From assembly GCA_036785375.1 (NCBI GenBank), contig JAWMAR010000016.1:7812001-7876000 (forward strand): a stretch of DNA of 64,000 bases, read 5' to 3'. Positions 21,201-34,177 of the stretch are shown here, piece after piece. Each line of letters opens with the position of its first letter. Position 1 is the first letter of the stretch. This DNA comes from Leucoraja ocellata (Eukaryota). The notes beneath the pieces were generated by a model. The model saw only the letters and a program-made list of their open reading frames with translations. It was not told the DNA's origin and searched no databases. The translations under genes were made by a program, and so were the position numbers.

Positions 21201-24200
21201 CCTGCAAATTGGAAGAACAGTACCTCATATTTCGGTTGGCCAGTGGTATAAATATTGATTTCTCAAATTTCAAGTAATCTTTGCATTTCATCCCTCCCCC
21301 ACCCCAGTCCTCTTACTAGTTCTACTGTTCATATCACTTCATTGTTACCTCTTGCACAGCCAACAATGAACCATTGTGGGCTCCACATTTCCTGAGTCAT
21401 TGTTGCGAGGTCTGATTTGTTTTGTACTCTCGTTTCCCTCTCCCGACTCTCAGCCTGAAGAAGTCTCGACCCGAAACGTCACTTATTCCCTTTCTCTGGA
21501 GATGCTGCCTGACCCACTGAGTTACTCCAACATTTTCTATCTATCTTAGATGCAGTAAGAGTTGCGCCTCCCAGTAATTAGCTTGCAAGTGTGTGTAACT
21601 GCTCCCAGTGAGTTTCCAAATAGTACATCCCATTATATCTATGCTCTAGTTTTCACCGAGATTTCCTCAATTCCTCAGGGTGGCACAGTAGGTTATATTA
21701 GAGTTGCTGCCATTCAACGCCAGAGACCTGGGTTCAATGCTGACTATAGGTGTTGTCTGTAAGGTGTTTATATGGTCTCCCTATGACCACATGGATTTTC
21801 TCAGGATGCTCTGGTTTCCTCCCTCACTCCAAAGATGTACAGGTTTGTAGGTTAATTGGCTTCAGTTAAATTGTAAATTGTCCCTAAAGTGTAGGATAGT
21901 ATTAGTGTACGGGGTGATCGCTGGTCGTCACAGACTCAATGTGCATGAGGTCATAAGGAATAGGAGTCATCCTATTATTCGGCCCATCAAGTCTACTCTG
22001 CCATTCAATCGTGGCTGATCTATCCCTCCTAACCCCATTCGCCTGCTTGCTACCCATAACCTTTATCACCTGTACCAATCAAGAATCTAACTATCTCTGC
22101 CTTAAAAATATCCACTGACTTGGCCTCCACAGCCTTCTGCGGATTCACCACCCTTTCTCCTCATCTCCTTCCTAAAAAGAACGTCCTTTAATTCTGAGGC
22201 TATGACCTCTAGCCCTAGACTCTCCCACTCGTGGAAACTTCCTCTCCACATCCACTCTATCCAAGCCTTTCACTATTCTGTATGTTTCTATGAGGTCTCC
22301 CCACCCCCCTCATTCTTCTGAACTCCAGCGAGTACCGGCCCAGTGCCGACAAACGCTTATCATAGGTTAACCTATTCATTCCTGGGATCATTCTTGTAAA
22401 CCTCCTCTGGACCCTCTCCAGAGCCAGCACATCCTACTTCAAATATGGTGTCCAAAAGTGCTCACAATATTCCAAATATTCTAAAATATTTTGAAGAAGG
22501 GTCTTGACCCGAAACGTCACCTATTCCTTCGCTCCATTGATGCTGCCTCACCCGCTGAGTTTCTCCAGCATTTTGGTCTACCCACAATATTCCAAATGCA
22601 GCCTTACCAGCGCCTTATAGAGCCTGAACATTACATCCCTGTTTTTTTATACAAGCCCCCTTGAAATAAATGCTAGAAGGGCCTGTTTCCACACTGTATC
22701 TCTAAAGTCTAAATTGCCGGAGAAGTCTTACTCACTAACCAAAGATTGCTGTCAATTTTTGTGACGTCTCCTGCCAATTGTTTTTGTTTTTACTACTGAA
22801 TTCCTACTGGTGGTGCTGTTGAGTCACGTCAAGAGAGTTTATTGTCATGTGTCCCAGATAGGACAATGAAATTCTTGCATTGCTGCAGCACAACAGGATA
22901 TTGTAGTCATAAATACAGATCAGATCAGTGTGTCCATATACCATAGATATATATATATAACATATACATATATATATATATATTTTGATGTGCGGGAGGG
23001 GTGGTAAAATAAAATGAGTCTATTCTGCAGAATTCTATTGAAAGTGTGGGTTGAGATATAACTGTTATGTTACTTTCTCTTTAATTATGTTGTAATTCCT
23101 AGGACGAATTGCACGGATGTACAGTGAAAAGTGTGTGATTATTTTGAAGGGGCTGCTGGGCTTGAAGCAGGGGCACGTCACCTCAGGTACGGCACACTTC
23201 CAGCTTTCAGCATTTGCTCAGCCTCCACGACCATTGTACTAAAACCGCTTCTATGTCTTCAGCTGTGATTCAGACATTTTGCGACCTCGTATGGCTGTCT
23301 CCCCAGTGCACAGAGACTGTGTGTGAGGCACTGCCAGGCTGCGAGGAATACATCAAAGACAACGAGGTAGGTTCATGGGGGTGCAGCAGGTGTTTTTAAT
23401 CGGATGTCTTGCATGGGAATTTACCTTGCGTTATGATATTAAGTCGTGTAGATGTGAAATGAATGAATTAATACTTTATTGTCACATGTGACAAGTCGCA
23501 GTGAAATTCTTTGCTTGTAGGTATGCAAATAGTCGCTACATAAAGGGCGCTGACACCGTTACAAAGTATACACAGAATCGGCACCAGGCCTCCCTTTGTT
23601 CTCCCCCCTCTCCCACCCAGGCGAGTGTTCCGCCACTGGTTTGATTCAACCAGATTCAAACTCGGGAAAGACACAAAATGTTGGATGGGTCAGGCAGTAT
23701 CCCTCGTGAACATGGGTAGGTGATGTTTGGCTTGGAATCCCTTGGACTGACAGGGGTGGGAGGAAAGATGGGTAGAAGAGCAGAGGGGAGTTGAGAATCC
23801 AATGTTCATACCATTGGGTTGTAAGCTGTCCAAGCGGAATGTGAGGTGCTGTTCCTCCAGTTTGTGGGTGGCCTCACTCTGGCAATGGAGAGCCAGAACA
23901 GAAAGGTCAGTATGGGAAGGGAAGTTAAAATGGTTCACAACCAGATAATTCTACGTTGTCCTTGGACCAGCAAATGGAGGATGAAAGTGGCGGTTTTTGG
24001 GGAAATTGTTGAGCCGTCGTTCTCTTTACGTTCACAGTCCATTATTGGAATCGGTAACGTTGAGATGGAACTCATCTATAATATCCACTTGGTTAAATGG
24101 TCGGACAACTCGTTGCATAGACTTCAAAAACATATAGTATGTTTCAAGTTACTGTGACATCACCCAGCTTGTGACGATGGGCTGGATTTTAAATTTGACA

Positions 24201-27200
24201 CTAAACTAATTAACTTGCCTTCTTTCATTCTTTGTTATTTCCTCCCTTCTCCACCCCCCCCCCCCCCCCCCCCATAAATACTACCAGGGGAAACAGGCTT
24301 TAATCTGGCTCCTCGGTGTGCATGGCATGCAAGTCCCCAATGCTCCCTACGTATTGGAGGAGTTTGTTGACAACGTGAAAATGGAGACGTCTGCCACAGT
24401 GAAGCTGGAGCTGCTGACTGCGATGGTGCGGCTGTTTGTCACACGTCCAGCTGAATGTCAAGACACCTTGGGCAGACTGCTCCATTATGCTATTGGTATG
24501 GGTCATGCGTGAAAGGTCATTTCGAGTCGTAGAGTGTGGAAACAGGCCCTTTGGCCCAACTTGCCCCGGGTTCACTAGTCCTACCTGCCTGCGTTTGGTC
24601 CGCATCCCTCCAAACTTATCCTATCCGTGTATTTGAATCATGGTTTGCTTTGGACTTTGAGCAGCAGGCGGGGTGACAGTTTTCTGTCACTTGCACACTC
24701 TGATCTTGGGGATACAAGGTATTAGTGATTGTTCTTAGCCTTGTGTGGGGGTGAGGACAGCCAGATTAAAAGACTGAGAGAAATACAAGGTTTCCAGGTC
24801 AGTTTATTGTCACATGTACCAATTAAGGTACAGTGAAATATGAGTTACCATACAGCCATACTAAATGAAAAGCACCAAGACACAACCACATAAAAGTTAA
24901 CATAAGCATCCATCACAGTGGATTCCACATTCCTCACTGTGATGGAAGGCAATAAAGTTCAATCTTCTTCCTCTTTGTTCAAACCATTCGCAGTCGGGGC
25001 GATCAAAGATTCCGGAGCTGATGATAGAAGCCCCCGTCGGGGTGATCGTAACTCCGATGTCGGGGTAGTTGAAACTCTCTCGATGGCATGGAGCTCCCGA
25101 GTCGGCCTCTTCTTACCAGAGTCCGCGGGCTTCACGATGTTATAGTCCACTGTCTTTGGAGCTTCGATCCCCGGCAAAGGGATCACAAGCTCCGCGATGT
25201 TAAAGTCCCGCAGACTCCCGCGGCTTGGAGCGCCTGTCGGTCTCCAGGAAAGGCCGCCAACTCCACGATATTAGGCCGCAGATGGAGATACGTTACGGAA
25301 AAAATTGCATCTCCGTCAAGATAAGAGATTGAAAAAAAGTTTACCCCAACCCTCCCTCCACCCCACACATAAAACAAATCAAGGGACACTAAAACATACT
25401 TTTAACACATACTAAAATTAACAAAATTAAGAAAGGACAGACAGACTGTTGACGAGGCAACCACTGCTGTGTTTCTGTGTGCAATCTTGTGTGCATACGG
25501 GGTTTTCAAGAGTGGAGATTGTTTGAGCTCCATCATTTGATGGTGTTTGTGCTCAGAAAGCCTTGTGTTTCAGAATCGGTTCACAATGGGAGACGTGCTC
25601 AATGTAAGATTGGATTTAGCTGGTAGATGAATGGCATGTCCGCTCAGAGGAAACTCTGAGCCATCATAGTCGATCCAAACATATCAGATTTATACATGTG
25701 CATGTTGGGTCTGCATTCCTCGTCTCATGTTTTACCCAGGCTACTGATCAAATCTGAGATCTAAGGGGTTTTAATCCAAACAGTTGCATGAATATACATG
25801 AAGTAAGATTAATCAGATCACTGCTATTCTAACTGCAGATACTTGTTGAATTATTGGCAGAGGAAGAGTTGGATATGGTTGTGCGTGATCGTGGATTGTT
25901 ATACTATCGATTACTTCAGCAAGGAGTTGAACAGGTCAAGCAGATCGTGTGTGGGCCAAGATCGGATCCATCCTTGGGTGTCATCAGTGGCCAGGCCAAT
26001 GAGGCGGTGAATGCCTGGGCAAAAGACTTCAACACACTGATACCAGTCTATGGTCAGGAACATTGGAATCGCATGATGGCACAGAAGGAAAGCTCCTTTG
26101 GAAATCAGTTGCTAGCAGTAAACTCTGAGATGGGTAAGAACTCAATGCAATCTTGTTTGCAGGTCCAGAAATATTGCTGCTTGACAATCCTTACTATAAC
26201 ATGAATCTTATGTTAGTGTGTTTGCTCTTCCATCTTTTTTTGGTGTCGGACAATGCTAATGATGGCAGCACTTTTGCCGATTGTGAATCTGCTCCCTGCA
26301 CCTGTCCTGGCTTTCTTCCTGGATTCTTCTTTGTCTCTCAGGGAATGCTTTTCTTTAAGTCGTCCTGTGCAATCTGTTCCAAGCTCTCTCCAGTTTTAAG
26401 ATATTTTTCATTTAGTAAATTTTCCACCAGTAAATATCAACTTTCCTACATTACTATTAGCAAAAGGAAGCAATGGGAATTTTACTCAAAATCTTCTTAT
26501 TCACGATGTGGAAAATGACATTGGCAGTGCTATAACTGTTGCGATAAATAAATCGGTATGTGGATTCTCTGCAGACAAGTATCTAATTACTGCTTGTATG
26601 ATTACCCTGACCCCATTATTGTCAGTTTGAGCAATCTTCAGACCAAGATCTGCAATGACATTGCTCAGTGATGTGCACAAGGTACTTCCTGGAGAAGCCC
26701 TTTGAAGCTTCTTTATTTGTGACAATGGTAACATATGATATTCTGGAATAGTTTGAATTTTTATAATTGGCTTCTGTGTGGGTTTAACATGACCTTGATC
26801 TGGCATTTGTGACTAAATTATTTAATTTGGAGACGATTAACTTGAGGTGGATGTTAACTATGTAACTTTAATGTATTTTGCTACAGTTTTGTATAGAATT
26901 TTAAATGGTAAGAGAAAGTGTCATGCGTTACTGCTTGAAATGTTCTTGCCTCAAATGTCTAAAGGGGAGGGTGGTCCAGTGGACTAGTTTGACAGCATGC
27001 ACTGTGAGTGTTGATTTCAATTCGGACAACACTCCAGCTTCTATAAATTGTCCTTGAATAGGGAACAGAATTTGTTTATCACTATCCAGTGGCACTTGTT
27101 GGAAAGGCTCGTGTATGGATGGCATGACACTTGGCTTCAGTGCCCCTATAGTTGTATCTTCAGCTAATAATTGTGATGCAGATTCATACAAGATGAATCT

Positions 27201-27827
27201 TTCTGAGGTACAAAGGTCTCCTCCAAATTGTTGACATTTTGGCAAATCCTCCTTTCAGGGACAAGTGTTCCCTTCAGGAAACGGAAATAAGTGCATTACC
27301 TATCCAGTAATATGCTCTACATAATTTGGAGTTATTCTATGACGTTAACTTAGTAACTCTGTTTGTTTTTCTGTAAAGACTCAACCCCAGAACATGGGAA
27401 GGATTCTGGATCAGTCCGTTTGGAAAGCAGTGCCCAGCTTTCACCAGAGCAGTTTGAGGAGTACTGGACGTGCCTGGAAGATGCCAAAGTAGTGACTGTG
27501 GACTGGCACAAGAACCCCTGCCCTGAGGCCATCCAGGCTGCCTTTCAGACAGTTCACATTCAGTCTATTGCCATCAGCCGAGCAGGAGCGCATCCTTGGA
27601 AAGCCTATCTGTTTGCCAGAAATGAGACTGGGTCACTGTTTCTAACAGAATTGTTCATTGACACTGGCAGGAAGAGCTTGCAGATTACTGTTAAACAAAA
27701 GAATACCAGCGAAGAGCTGCTCCACAGTTTCACCACAGTTGTTGGGTCTGTGATTCAAACCTTAGGTGAGACCGAAGATCTTGAAAGTGCTTTGATAGCC
27801 ACTCAAGAGCAACACTGTCCTCACTAA
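11958..27827 (+). CDS. AP4B1: AP-4 complex subunit beta-1, 9 coding exons (338+131+148+497+84+104+208+273+449 = 2232 nt, 743 aa)
   Basis: Translation begins [31 protein letters not shown] and follows human AP4B1 as recalled ([20 protein letters not shown]...) through to the ear domain ([12 protein letters not shown]). All junctions are GT-AG and keep the frame. Confidence 0.97.
12640..13870 (+). mobile_element. CR1 LINE fragment in AP4B1 intron 1
   Basis: [43 protein letters not shown], followed by a 3' tail. Confidence 0.92.
16555..16685 (+). CDS. AP4B1: AP4B1 coding exon 2 (131 nt)
   Basis: ttttgtttag|A; [43 protein letters not shown]; G|gtaaat. Confidence 0.96.
17593..17740 (+). CDS. AP4B1: AP4B1 coding exon 3 (148 nt)
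   Basis: cttccatcag|AT; [48 protein letters not shown]; AG|gttagt. Confidence 0.96.
18469..19625. mobile_element. Non-autonomous pogo/Tc1-mariner-type DNA transposon (TA TSD) with nested internal inverted repeats
   Basis: Perfect 22-bp TIRs CAGGTGCACAACCTTTTATCCG; TA at 18467-18468 and 19626-19627; no transposase ORF. Confidence 0.88.
19857..20353 (+). CDS. AP4B1: AP4B1 coding exon 4 (497 nt)
   Basis: ttttatttag|A; [13 protein letters not shown]...[17 protein letters not shown]; G|gtgaaa. Confidence 0.96.
20422..21545 (+). mobile_element. Penelope-like element 3' part (RT thumb, GIY-YIG endonuclease, pseudo-LTR)
   Basis: KPTDS.SYLDYT; [38 protein letters not shown]; ends in ctgaagaagtctcgacccgaaacgtc (hammerhead-like). 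Confidence 0.88.
21677..22715. mobile_element. V-SINE (+) interrupted by a CR1 3' fragment (-), which in turn carries a Penelope-derived insert (22478-22582)
   Basis: SINE body 21677-21940 with its tail resuming near 22677; CR1 motifs on the minus strand; 15-bp TSD CACAATATTCCAAAT at 22463-22477 and 22583-22597. Confidence 0.75.
22945..22983. repeat. (TA)n microsatellite
   Basis: gatatatatatatatacatatacatatatatatatata. Confidence 0.85.
23103..23186 (+). CDS. AP4B1: AP4B1 coding exon 5 (84 nt)
   Basis: ttcctag|GA; [27 protein letters not shown]; G|gtacgg. Confidence 0.95.
23263..23366 (+). CDS. AP4B1: AP4B1 coding exon 6 (104 nt), after a 76-nt intron
   Basis: gtcttcag|CT; [34 protein letters not shown]; |gtaggt. 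Confidence 0.95.
24288..24495 (+). CDS. AP4B1: AP4B1 coding exon 7 (208 nt)
   Basis: ctaccag|GGG; [26 protein letters not shown]...[17 protein letters not shown]; G|gtatgg. Confidence 0.96.
24786..25470 (-). mobile_element. Non-autonomous retroelement with an L2/Rex1-type tail
   Basis: The minus-strand 3' end has tgtgacaataaa plus a short repeat tail, like the other LINE tails here; CpG-rich non-coding body. Family assignment is inferred. Confidence 0.45.
25861..26133 (+). CDS. AP4B1: AP4B1 coding exon 8 (273 nt)
   Basis: ttggcag|AG; [18 protein letters not shown]...[17 protein letters not shown]...NSEM; G|gtaaga. Confidence 0.94.
27379..27827 (+). CDS. AP4B1: AP4B1 coding exon 9 (449 nt, C-terminal ear domain, TAA stop)
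   Basis: tgtttttctgtaaag|AC; [29 protein letters not shown]...[26 protein letters not shown]...CPH*. Confidence 0.94.
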
Positions 27828-27924
27828 GATGCGAGAGTTTTATTTGTTAATCCATTACTGTCATGAGCCATATTAATGGAAGAAAATAGATGGTGTGTTA
27901 ATCAACAGATATAACTGGCTATAC

Positions 27925-28005
27925 ACGTTTCGGGTCTGGATCCTTCTTCAGACTGATGATTCAGATTGATCAGTCTGAAGATGGGTCTTGACCCGAAACA
28001 TCACC
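27925..28005. repeat. Inverted pair of Penelope-type hammerhead motifs in the AP4B1 3' UTR
   Basis: Arms at 27925-27957 and 27969-28001; + strand CTGAAGA-T-GGGTC-TT-GACCC-GAAAC-ATC at 27975-28002. Confidence 0.7.
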
Positions 28006-28664
28006 CTGCAATCTCTCCTGCAATCTTTCCAACTTATTTGAACTGCTTCCTGAGATTCATTTATCTCATTGTGGCACTGTTATGTGGGCAGTTGTGAAGC
28101 AGAAAAAAAAGTGAAGTCCTTCACCCAAAGTTTGTAAATGGATTTTGTTAAAAATATTTGCGATCTTTCAGATGCTTCCACTTGCACGGAAGAACATTAC
28201 TTTTGTTTGACAGAAGTGCGTTTCAGTTGAGAGTGAAGAGTTACTTGCCTATTAACAGTGACTGCCTGCGATGTCTCATTCATTAAGTCTATTGTGAAAT
28301 TTGGGTGCTCTGCTCTTTTAATTGTAGCAGCAGGAAGGAGCAGGTCAGAGGAAGAGCTTATTTAAATAACCACCATGTACCCTTGATTTAATTTTCTAAC
28401 TTATTTATGTCATACCTTTTGCTAATTGAGAACAAACATGAAACAGTGACCCAATTCAAGTTCCAAATCGGGCCAAGTTTGCAGTTACTAATGGCAATCT
28501 GCATTAAGATGGCACATTTCAAGCTTGAAATTCAGCAATATCTGTTGAGATCACACTACCGCTGAAAATGTGTAGCCAGTCTGTTAACGTGGTATAATAG
28601 GAGGGTTTTGTTCTTGGAGAATCGTGCAGTATGGAATATACTTATCATTTTGAGGGCATGTTAA

Positions 28665-28670
28665 AATAAA
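28665..28670 (+). terminator. Candidate AP4B1 poly(A) signal AATAAA
   Basis: AATAAA about 840 nt after the stop codon; use as the actual signal is inferred. Confidence 0.4.
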
Positions 28671-31099
28671 TAACTCCTCACATGAGAGTTGAATCTGGTA
28701 ACGGTGATCTCCATTTCACTCATTAATGGTGTCTAGATTGCTGGCTATTTCTCAGTTTGCATTCTGTGTAAATCTTGTACAAATAATTAAAGTTGCTTTT
28801 TGCTTCCTACTGTGCTGTGAGAATTCTTTTAATGTAACAGCTAGCTTGATGATAACCACACGGCCCCAGGTATCACATTGAACTTGTGTCAGATAACAGA
28901 AGGTGGCGGAAAACAGGATGTTCTTGTGACAGAGATTGTATCTTTTTGCGAGGCTTGCTTTAAGATTAGCGCTAATCACTGTTCCTCCACTGACCACAAA
29001 TTGAGTTTATGGGCTTGATCATCTTATAGATCATCTTCTGGTCAGGGCCTCCTCCACTGTCAGAGTGTGGCCCAATGCAAATTAGAGGAACAACACCTCA
29101 TATTTCACTTGGGCAGCTCACAACCCAGCGGTGTGAACATTAAATTCCAGCAACCCTTATTTTTCCCCTCTCCAACCCTTCCCCATCCTAGTTCTCCAAC
29201 CAGTCTGTCTTTCCTGATTAAATTTTACATTGTATGCCTCGTTGTCACCTTCCCCAAACTAACGATGCTCTAATCTACATTTTCCTTGATCTTTGTCCTC
29301 TTTGATCTCTCATTTTCATACCTTACCCTTCCATATCTCCTGTTTTCCTATCTCCTGACTCAGTCTGCAGAAGGGGCTCGACGCGAAACTTCACCCATTA
29401 CTTCTATCCAGAGGTGCTGTCTGTCCCGCTGAGTTACTCCAGCATTTTGTGTCTATCCACAATCATCTTATAACTGGCCTGTGCCCTGCAGTCACCATTA
29501 TGTTGTACTGGTGACAGATACAAAATCATCAAGAGACTTTGCCACTCGTCAAGGTGGAGCAGGCCATGAGTGGTGGGAAGGCCGCAGGCAGCGCAAACAG
29601 TTCTTGTCAAAAGCTCTGCATTATGCAAATCAGAGACTTTTACAAACAGTTCTTGAAATTAAAAAATAGAAACATTAAGATAACCAACGTGCAGATTAAT
29701 AAACAATTTTACAATTGCCACAGTAATTATTAACCATTTGAATTGATAAGAAAGGCTTACCTTTTCACTATAAACACGGGTGATGACTCCATTCAAATGA
29801 ATGAGTCGGTGCGAGCTGCGGCAACCTAGAGATGTAAAGATAATGTATTAATCAATTTTGAACACCCCTTCCTCGCCCCAGATGCTGTGATAACCTCGAC
29901 AGGGTGGGAGTGCAGTTGTAATGATAACTGTACTTTAGATAGACAAAATAAAATGCTGGAATAACTCAGCAGGACAGTCAGCATCTCTGGCAAGAAGGAA
30001 TGGGTGACGTGAATGCTCCCAGTCTGAAGAAGGGTCTTGACCTGAAACGTCACCCATTTCTTCTCTCCTGTCCTGCTGAGCATTTTGTGTCTACAGTGTA
30101 AACCAGCATCTGCAGTTCCCTCCTGCCTATCCTGTACTTTCATGTGGCGTTGTTCAGGGATGTGCATCTGCTATATCCTGAAGCACTCTGCAGACTAGTC
30201 AGCATTTCTTTATGGATTGCTGCCTATTGCCACCACACACAAGCCCAAAGTGTTTGCCTTTGCTTCAAAGAACTTAGCTAGTATTCAATTTCTTCATGCA
30301 AGTAGCTAAACACAATATCCAGATACAGGTTGAACACTTTTTTTGCTCTGGCAACTGATGGTCCGCCCACCCCTATAATGTGGACAAGATTATGAGAGCT
30401 CAGTTGAAACTCCCTGAGCAGCTGCAGATGGCCCTGCGAGTGGTGAGCGCTCTCTCCAGCCGTGTCCCTCTGTTGTGAAATTATTAACTATACTCTCAAT
30501 CTTCTCTCCTAACTGTTTTCCAAATGCCATACAGTAAACCCTAATTTTAATGATCCCCTCATAACAGATGTCGGATATAGCGGACCGACCTGCTGACTCA
30601 TCCCCGGCTTCTACCATTGCCCCGGCTGTTTAGAGCCCCAGCTTCTGACCCCGCAATGTGCACATCAAGCCCTTCTTCACCCACCAAAAGGACACAAAGC
30701 GCTGGAGTAACTCAGCGGATCAGGATCTCTGGAGAAGACGGATAGGTGACATCGGGACCTTTCCTGAAGGGTCTCGACCCGAAACATCACCCATTCCTTC
30801 TCTCCAGAGATGCTGCCTGTTCCCGCTGAGCTACTCCAGCTTTTTTTTTAATGTCTATCTTTGGTTTAAGCCAGCATCTACAGTTCCTTCCTTCACATTC
30901 CTACCGTTGACTCTATCTATACTTCATGCTGCCTTAGAAAAATCAGCCAACCTAAATTCCATTCAAGACCATTCAGAAGCTTCCACTGGACATAGCTTGA
31001 TGAGTGGTCAAAGATCTGTGAAGAGGAATCTAAGGTAAGAAAATGTAATATTTTGTTTTGGCAGCAAAAAAATAAAAGGGAACATCTTATCGAAACGAT

Positions 31100-32480
31100 C
31101 TGTGATTCTGAGGGATCTGGTTTCCTAGTGCGTGATTTGCAAAAGACTAGCACGCTGGTACAACAAGTAATTTGGAAACTTGCCAGTGTTATTGTTTACT
31201 GCAAGGGGAATTGAATCCAGAAGTGTGGAGATGGAGTACCGTGTGGAATTTTGGTCTGCTCTAAGGGAGATTGTGAATGTGTTGGAAGCAGTTAAAAGGA
31301 AAAAAAATCATTAGAGCATTACCTGGAATGGTTAGGTTGCCTTATGGAGTAAGGTTGGACAGGCCAGGCTTGTATTCATGGAAGTTTAGAAGAGTGAGAT
31401 GTGATTTAATTCAAAATGTGTCGTATGCTGAGGAATTGTGACAGTATGGATTTCCTGCGTTTATTGCCTTTAATGCGAGAATATAAAACTGAAGGTTACT
31501 CTTTTTAAAACACTGGGATACTTATTCAAGACAAATAAGGCAAGGTGCCTTACGTGTATTTGGAACTCCTTCAGGAATGACAGTGGATGTGGAGATTATT
31601 TTTGGTTGACAGGATGATAAAGCAGGCATTTGGCACACGTGCCTTTATCGGTCAGCGTATTGAGGACAGCTGTTGGTATGTCATGTTACAGCTGTTCAGG
31701 TCATTGGTAAGGTCATATTTCACTGGCGCAACGGTAGAGTTGCTGCCTTACAGAGAATGCAGCGTCGGAGACCCGAGTTCGATCCCGATTACGGGTGCTG
31801 TCTGTACGGAGTTGTACGTTCTCCTCATGACCTGCGTGGGTTTTCTCCGAGATCTTTGGTTTCTTCCCTCATTCCAAAGACGTAGGTTAAGTGGCTTGGT
31901 AAAATGTAAAAATTGTCTCTAGTGTTAATGTGCGGGGAACGCTGGTCGGCGCGGACCCGGTGGGCCAAAGGGCCTGTTTCTGCACTGTATCCCTAAACTA
32001 AACTAATTTGGAGTATTGTGTACAGTTCTGGTCACCCTATAGGAGGTTGTCATTAAACTGGATAGGGTGCAAACAACTTTGAGGAGATTACCGTGTCTGG
32101 AAGATATAAGTTGTAAGGATTGGCTGGGTCTTCTTGGTCTAGTACGTTTATAAAATCGTTAAGAGCATAGATAAGGTTCAATAGTCAGTCTTTTTACCCC
32201 CAGAGTATAAAGAGTTTAACCTGGAGGGCATAGGTTTTAGCTAAGAGAGGAAAGATTTAAAAGAGGCCTCAGAGAAAAAAACTCACACAGACAGTGGTGT
32301 GTATGAGGAACAAGCTGACAGAGGCAGTGGTAGAGGCAGGTACAGTTACGACATATAAAAGACTTGGACAATACATGGACAGGGTTTTGAAGGTGTATGG
32401 GGCAGAGAGAGGCCAGTAGGACTAACTTGGATGGCATGGACGAGTTAGGTAAAGGTCCCATTTTCATGCTGCATTCTCTG
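31100..32480 (+). mobile_element. Old CR1 fragments with a nested V-SINE (about 31724-32005)
   Basis: VMLQLFRSLVRSY is interrupted by the SINE and resumes at ttggagtattgtgtacagttctgg. Confidence 0.7.
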
Positions 32481-33381
32481 AATGGAAGGTTGATTCTTTA
32501 CATCAAGCTAAGATGTGAAACATTACCAGGGGTAGCAGGGAAAGCGGAGGTGAGCATAATGTGTGCGTTTGTGTGCAATGGCTGACTACAGTCTAGGGAT
32601 TGGGTTCAGGTTGTTGCTTGCCCAGTGTTTATTGTGGGCAGCTGAAATAATTTAGCTATTTTAGAAGCATACAAACAAAGAAAATCTGCAAATGCCAGAA
32701 TGTCGGTGTGGCCAGGATGAATCGTATTATTGGAGCTGATGCAAGGCTAACAATGGTCCTCTGCTTGTGCATTCCCAGCACAGAATAATTAAACGCCTGC
32801 AATAAATCAAACAGCATCTGCTACTCTGCACAGTTTCCGTGGAGTTGCAAGGAGTCACCATGGTAATTAGTGTGACAACAGGTATTAGGTACAGCCCTAA
32901 AATAGCTGCAATTTAATCCCTATGATTTGTCAGCAGTCTGGGAACCCCCTCGGTGTGCTTGATGCTGGTGACTATTTATCCTTGAGTTGAGTTAAAAACT
33001 TGTCAGCAAAGTTACAAATGCAGCTAACCTCTCTTTATACCCAGTTCTTACATCATCCATTATCTCAGCCCCACTCATTGAAAACAGGTAATAATATCCT
33101 CTAGCATCTTCTGATTATTTGAGCCTTACATTAAAACCTTGTATTTTCCTAGTCAAGGCAAAACGGCCTGATGTACTGCAGAGAGGCAAAATAAATCTTG
33201 CATGAGGATGGGCCTCTCTCTCGTACATCCTGTTATAAGGATTACATAATACAGTGTTACAGCCACATAGAAAGTGCACTTGAAAACTACAGGCACAACG
33301 AGATAGACTGCCCAAGTGGGCATACATCCTGTTAAGGATGTACCTGCATACCACCTTGGCAATCTACTGTATCCCGTCGTG

Positions 33382-33581
33382 NNNNNNNNNNNNNNNNNNN
33401 NNNNNNNNNNNNNNNNNNNNNNNNNNNNNNNNNNNNNNNNNNNNNNNNNNNNNNNNNNNNNNNNNNNNNNNNNNNNNNNNNNNNNNNNNNNNNNNNNNNN
33501 NNNNNNNNNNNNNNNNNNNNNNNNNNNNNNNNNNNNNNNNNNNNNNNNNNNNNNNNNNNNNNNNNNNNNNNNNNNNNNNNN
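33382..33581. other. Assembly gap (200 N)
   Basis: Run of N. Confidence 1.
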
Positions 33582-33852
33582 TTCCTCCCACATACCAAAG
33601 GCGTGCAGGTTAATTGGATTCTGTAAATTGCCCATAGGATGTGACAATGGGATAACATAGAACTAGTACATGGTTGATGAATGGTTGGCGTGGACATGGT
33701 GAGCCGAAGGGCCTGTTTCCACACTGTATCTCTAAACTAAATTAATCTCCAGTTATCATATTTTACCCACTCACTTAATCTACCTCCATTTGTGGCCCCT
33801 TTACATCCTCCTCCTATTTTAGTTTCCTGTCTATATATCATTAGCAGCTTTA

Positions 33853-34177
33853 AGGATCTGTCCCGCTGTATGAGGTAATTCAAGAGTTCTCACAAGTTCT
33901 CCCTGATTCGAACTCGGAGAATTTCTGTAGCGGGTCCGCAGGAGTTCGTGGATATCATGTAGTGGCTCGTACGAGTAACGGTAGGTACTCGGGAAATCCA
34001 GTAAACGAGTGACGTTTTTTCAACACTGCAAAAAATGTCCACGAGTAAAAAAATACTTGTGATCAAAAAAATTGTTACTTTTTACTCGTACGAGCCGCTA
34101 CGTACCCGCTACGTACATTACACGAGCTCGAATCAGGGGAGATCTCTTGAATTACCTTGTACAATGGGACAGGCCCT
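33853..34177. mobile_element. PIF/Harbinger-type MITE (TTA TSD)
   Basis: TIRs AGGATCTGTCCCGCTGTATGAGGTAATTCAAGAG and (reverse complement) AGGGCCTGTCCCATTGTACAAGGTAATTCAAGAG; TTA at 33850-33852 and 34178-34180. Confidence 0.82.

Noticed and set aside
33153-33724. ORFs containing runs of X (also 52177-52522)
   Set aside because: They span assembly gaps.
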